Of a stretch of 51,512 nucleotides of DNA, positions 47,929 through 51,512 are shown piece after piece. Source of the DNA: Prorocentrum cordatum (lineage: Eukaryota); NCBI GenBank assembly GCA_963575745.1, contig CAUYUJ010000026.1, forward strand, positions 620,001 to 671,512. Reading direction: 5' to 3'. Within the stretch, counting starts at the first letter, position 1; each line of letters starts with the position of its first letter. The notes beneath the pieces were generated by a model. The model saw only the letters and a list, made by a program, of their open reading frames with translations, did not search any database and was not told the DNA's origin. The position numbers and the translations under genes are program-made.

Positions 47929-48605
47929 GTGAGGTCGGCCTCGGCGACCGCCTGCTGAAGCATGCTGGTTCGATTGATTGGTAAAGGCTGGAGGGAACGT
48001 GGTTGAGCGTGTTGTTTGAGTTGCGCTGCAGCGCTTCTCCGTGGACCACGGTTGAAAGTTTGCGCGCGGATCATGATGTGTTAATGTGTTGCGCTGCAGC
48101 GCAGTTTCGCTTGCAGTTTCTCGTTGGATGGTGATGTGGCGGATGATGAGGGCGAGTGATATTGATGCTGTTGACGATGAAGGTGATGGTGACGGGGGGA
48201 TGAAGGGACGGGAGACGGATGATGAGGAGGATGGGTAGGTTGAGGAGGAGGATGGGGAGGATGAGGGGGCGCATGAGGCGGAGGAGGAGGAGGAGGAGGA
48301 AGAGGAGGAGGAGGAGGTATAGGAGGGGGAGGAAGAGGAGGAGGACGAGGGGGATGGCGAGCAGGATGGAGGAGGAGGAGGACGTTCGCGCTGCAGCGCG
48401 TCAGATTGTCATCATTGAACGTTAGCGGCGCTGTAGCGCCATGTGCTCCCAGACTGTTGCTTGGCAGTTAGCGCTGCAGCGCGCATTTGGTTGCTCTCCA
48501 CGCGGTGCAGCCTCATTTCCATCCGTAGTCGCCGTGGCCCCTAGCGGAGGGGCCCCTCCGCGCGCGCGCAGCGACGGAGGCAAGCTTGCCTCGGGAACGC
48601 GCGCG

Positions 48606-49116
48606 ATGGCGGCAGAGGACGACCGCCCAGCGAAGCTGCGGCGGCTGTCCCGCCTTCGCGCGGAACTGCCATTCATGCATTGTAATGCGATGGCGCAATT
48701 CCTGGCGTCCGTTAAGCGAGACGGAACCCCCGAATTGGGATCCCGACGCCAGGATATCAGAGACGCTCGGGAGCTCATGGTCGGTGAGAACACGCCGTAC
48801 GGCAAGCTCCACCAGAACATGGTAGTCGGGCAGCACACGGTGGAGATCTGCAGTCCAGCAGCAATGCTGTGGTATTGCAGCGCCCTCCCCGCGATGCAGC
48901 CTCTGTGGCAGCGGGCGCTGGAGCTGCCACGCCCGTGGCACATCATCATTTACGGCGATGAAATAGGCGCTGGCAACGCGCTGGCGCACGTGCAGAACCG
49001 CAAGTCGTGGGGCATCTACTGGACGATCGCGGAATTCGGCCCGCAGGCGCTTTCGTCGGAGGACTTTCGCGATAGCGTTGCTGCAGCAACGATATATGCG
49101 GGGGGGGGGAGGGGGG

Positions 49117-49164
<48 letters not shown>

Positions 49165-51048
49165 CTGCAGCGCCAGTTGTGCTGCGATTTGTTCGCAGGA
49201 TGCGTGGTTCCAGCTCGCGACGATGCGGGCCAAGACCGCGAACGACATCCAGCCGCACGGACTGACGATGCTACTGGACGCAATCCTCGCGCAGTTCTGG
49301 CCTGATCAGGGGCGCAACTTCAGCGCAGGCATCAGCTTGCGGCTGCGCCCCGACGGCGCGACGGAGCTCATCCAGATGGACCTCGGAATTTACATTCAGC
49401 CGCTGCAGCGGTCGCCGCATAGCACCCAAGATTAGTTAGCATACATGTGCACATGTATATATCCATTACGCCTTCTTGCGTCGCTGCAGCGGCTCTGTCG
49501 GATCGCGGACGAGGATGCAATACACCGCTTGATCGGAATGAAAGGTTCGTCAGGAATCAAACCATGTTTTATGTGCCGCAACGTGTTCTTGAAGGGCGAA
49601 GTTCGGGATATAGTTGCTTCTGATGCGACGGGTGTCGCTGTTCACCACTCGGAACCAGATGCGTCGCGGCTGCAGCCGATGACGGCGCCGTTGCTCGATG
49701 CCATCTGCAACAGATTGATCGAAGGGGTCAACATCATGAACAAGGGCGAGTTCCAGGAGTTGGAGCGCCGACTTGGCTGGAACTGGGACCCCCATTTGCC
49801 TGAGCGGGTTCGGAAACTCAAGCCGCTCGAGACAGTCATGTTTGATTGGATGCATTGTATTTTCGTCAACGGTACATATAACATTCTGGTGTTCCAAATG
49901 TTTCGAAGGTTGAAGGGTTACTGGGCGCGCGCAGACGCATATTTCCAGGACTGGTCGTTTCCAGGGTGCCACTCCATCTCCCCCGACACGCACGCGATCT
50001 TCGGCGAGAAGCGCGCGAGGTCCCACGTTGACAGCAAGCATTTCAAGTGTACCGCCAGCGAGGGGCTCACAACCATGCAAGTATCATTGCATGCTTCGCG
50101 CCCCCGCCAGACCAATAATACATGCGCTGCAGCGCACGTGAATTTCTGTAGGATATGTACTGCACCCCTCTTGTTCGGACATGCGTTCGCGCGGGCGGAT
50201 TGACGTGTTTCTTCAGGGAGGTGGCTAGCGACGCTGCAGCGCCTGCAGTCCGATCTGCTTGCGCAGTGTTCGAGGCGCACACGATCGTTGTGGAAGAAAT
50301 CCTACGAGTATCCAGGCGTCAGGCAGACGCGGATAAGCTGCAGGCTGCGGTTAACATGTTTTTGTTGTCATACAGCAGCGTCTTTGGCAAGGAAACGATG
50401 GCGCAGAAGTTCCATTACCTGCACCACTTCGCCAACTACGTGAGGCGTTGGGGCCATGTGGCGCTGCCGTCGTGCTGGGTTTTGGAGCGCAAGCACAAGA
50501 CCAGCAAGCGCTTTGCGAACGCTCTTCAGGTGGGGGCTGCAGCCTCCAGCGGCTGGGACGCCAATGTCCTGAAGAGCGTCACCGAGCGGCACCTGTGGCA
50601 GCTCATGGATGGCGGCACCTTTAAGGTTAACTGCCTGGTTAACGCCACCAGGCCGTCCAAGGCCATCTCGCGCGAACTGCTGCAGCAGTTCGGGCCTGCG
50701 GACTTTGTTACGTCCGCTGCAGCGCGGCGCCGCTACCACGACGTCAAATACGGCGACGTCGTGCTGTTGGAGGACGGAGGAGGGGAACACATTGCGGCCG
50801 AGGTGTTGAAACACCTCTCCTTCACCAAGAACGGCCACTACTATGGCTTGAGCTTGGTCCTGCCCTACTTCTTCAAGGAGAAGCTGCACCCGCGCGCCTC
50901 CGCGCACGTGCTTGGCGGCGATGCCGACGCCTTTTGGGCGCACACGGCGAGCATCGTGCGCTCGCTCGCGTGGGCGCCGCGCGAGGGCGGCGGCATCCGA
51001 GCGGCGCGCCCGATATGGTCGCAGCCGCGGTGGTGCGCTTTAGCCTAA
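48606..51048 (+). CDS. CACTA/CMC-EnSpm-like DDE transposase, four exons, ~693 aa, apparently intact
   Basis: Exons 48606-49061, 49199-49393, 49502-50082 and 50199-51048 (2082 nt, in frame). Motifs in the order known from EnSpm-type transposases: IYGDEIGAGNAL, IADEDAIH, KPCFMC, FDWMH, KFHYLHH, CWVLERKHK. Confidence 0.8.
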
Positions 51049-51441
51049 AACGTGGATTCCTTACTGGCGCTGCAGCGCACTTTTTTACATTGCTAAATGC
51101 TTCGGTGCTGCAGCACCTGAACGTTGCATGGTCGACGACTCCTCTTCTCCGCCTTGAAAACGTGGATTCCTTCTGCATGGCGCTGTAGCGCACCTTTTTC
51201 ATTGACACTTCGGTGCTGCAGCACCTGAACAGTGCATGGTCGCCGATTCCTCTCCTCCGCCTCGTTCCTCCTCCTCCTCTTGCGCTGCAGCGCTAATGTC
51301 GTTGATCAGTGGTGCGGTCGTTCAAACTCCTCCTTCCCCGCGTCCTCCCCCTTCTCCCCCTCCTCCTCCTGCTCCTACTGCTGCTCCTCCTCCTCATCTT
51401 GCTCCCCCTCCCCCTTCTCCTCTCCCCCCCCCTCCTCTGAC

Positions 51442-51443
<2 letters not shown>

Positions 51444-51512
<69 letters not shown>
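51444..51512. other. Terminal poly-G run (probable contig-end/sequencing artefact)
   Basis: Unbroken G to the end of the window. Confidence 0.7.

Larger units (their letters stand above)
35069..51300 (+). mobile_element. Putative giant multigene CACTA/EnSpm-like DNA transposon (termini not demonstrated)
   Basis: Seven co-oriented genes ending in an EnSpm-type transposase, a shared GCTGCAGC palindrome signature absent upstream, and a repeat array at the left edge. The right end runs into low complexity and poly-G. Confidence 0.55.

Noticed and set aside
35952..51048. Endogenous virus or Polinton interpretation of the gene block
   Set aside because: No recognisable capsid, packaging ATPase, polymerase or retroviral-type integrase. 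The only mobility gene seen is the EnSpm-type transposase.
51444..51512. Poly-G as an element terminus or G-quadruplex feature
   Set aside because: An unbroken homopolymer at the sequence end is more likely an artefact.

Overview
Repeat-rich, GC-rich eukaryotic DNA, most consistent with a dinoflagellate. That is an inference from GA/GC-type donors with repeated intron boundaries, a DNMT-bearing DIRS-like element and the repeat landscape. Bases 1-35 kb are mostly a transposon and repeat graveyard: a decayed, interrupted LINE (~2.1-6.2 kb), an apparently full-length but degenerate tyrosine-recombinase (PAT/Ngaro-type) retrotransposon with split direct repeats and a C5-methyltransferase domain inserted in a (GAT)n tract (9963-16544), TA-flanked MITEs, CCAAGA-rich dispersed repeats, microsatellites, a (CTCAGC)n satellite and one 100-N gap. 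From ~35.07 kb to the window end the sequence changes abruptly. Seven co-oriented + strand genes follow: ParB-like/SET-like, AP2-like, two small paralogous basic/Pro-rich proteins, a Lys-rich CxxC protein, a coiled-coil protein and a CACTA/EnSpm-type DDE transposase. This block looks like one >=16 kb multigene DNA transposon. It is saturated (~70 copies by eye, none seen upstream) with palindromes that have a fixed GCTGCAGC core and variable self-complementary arms. Several of its short introns are best explained by non-canonical AT...(G)CGG|AT boundaries. All gene models and domain calls are by-eye reconstructions with no database or RNA support.
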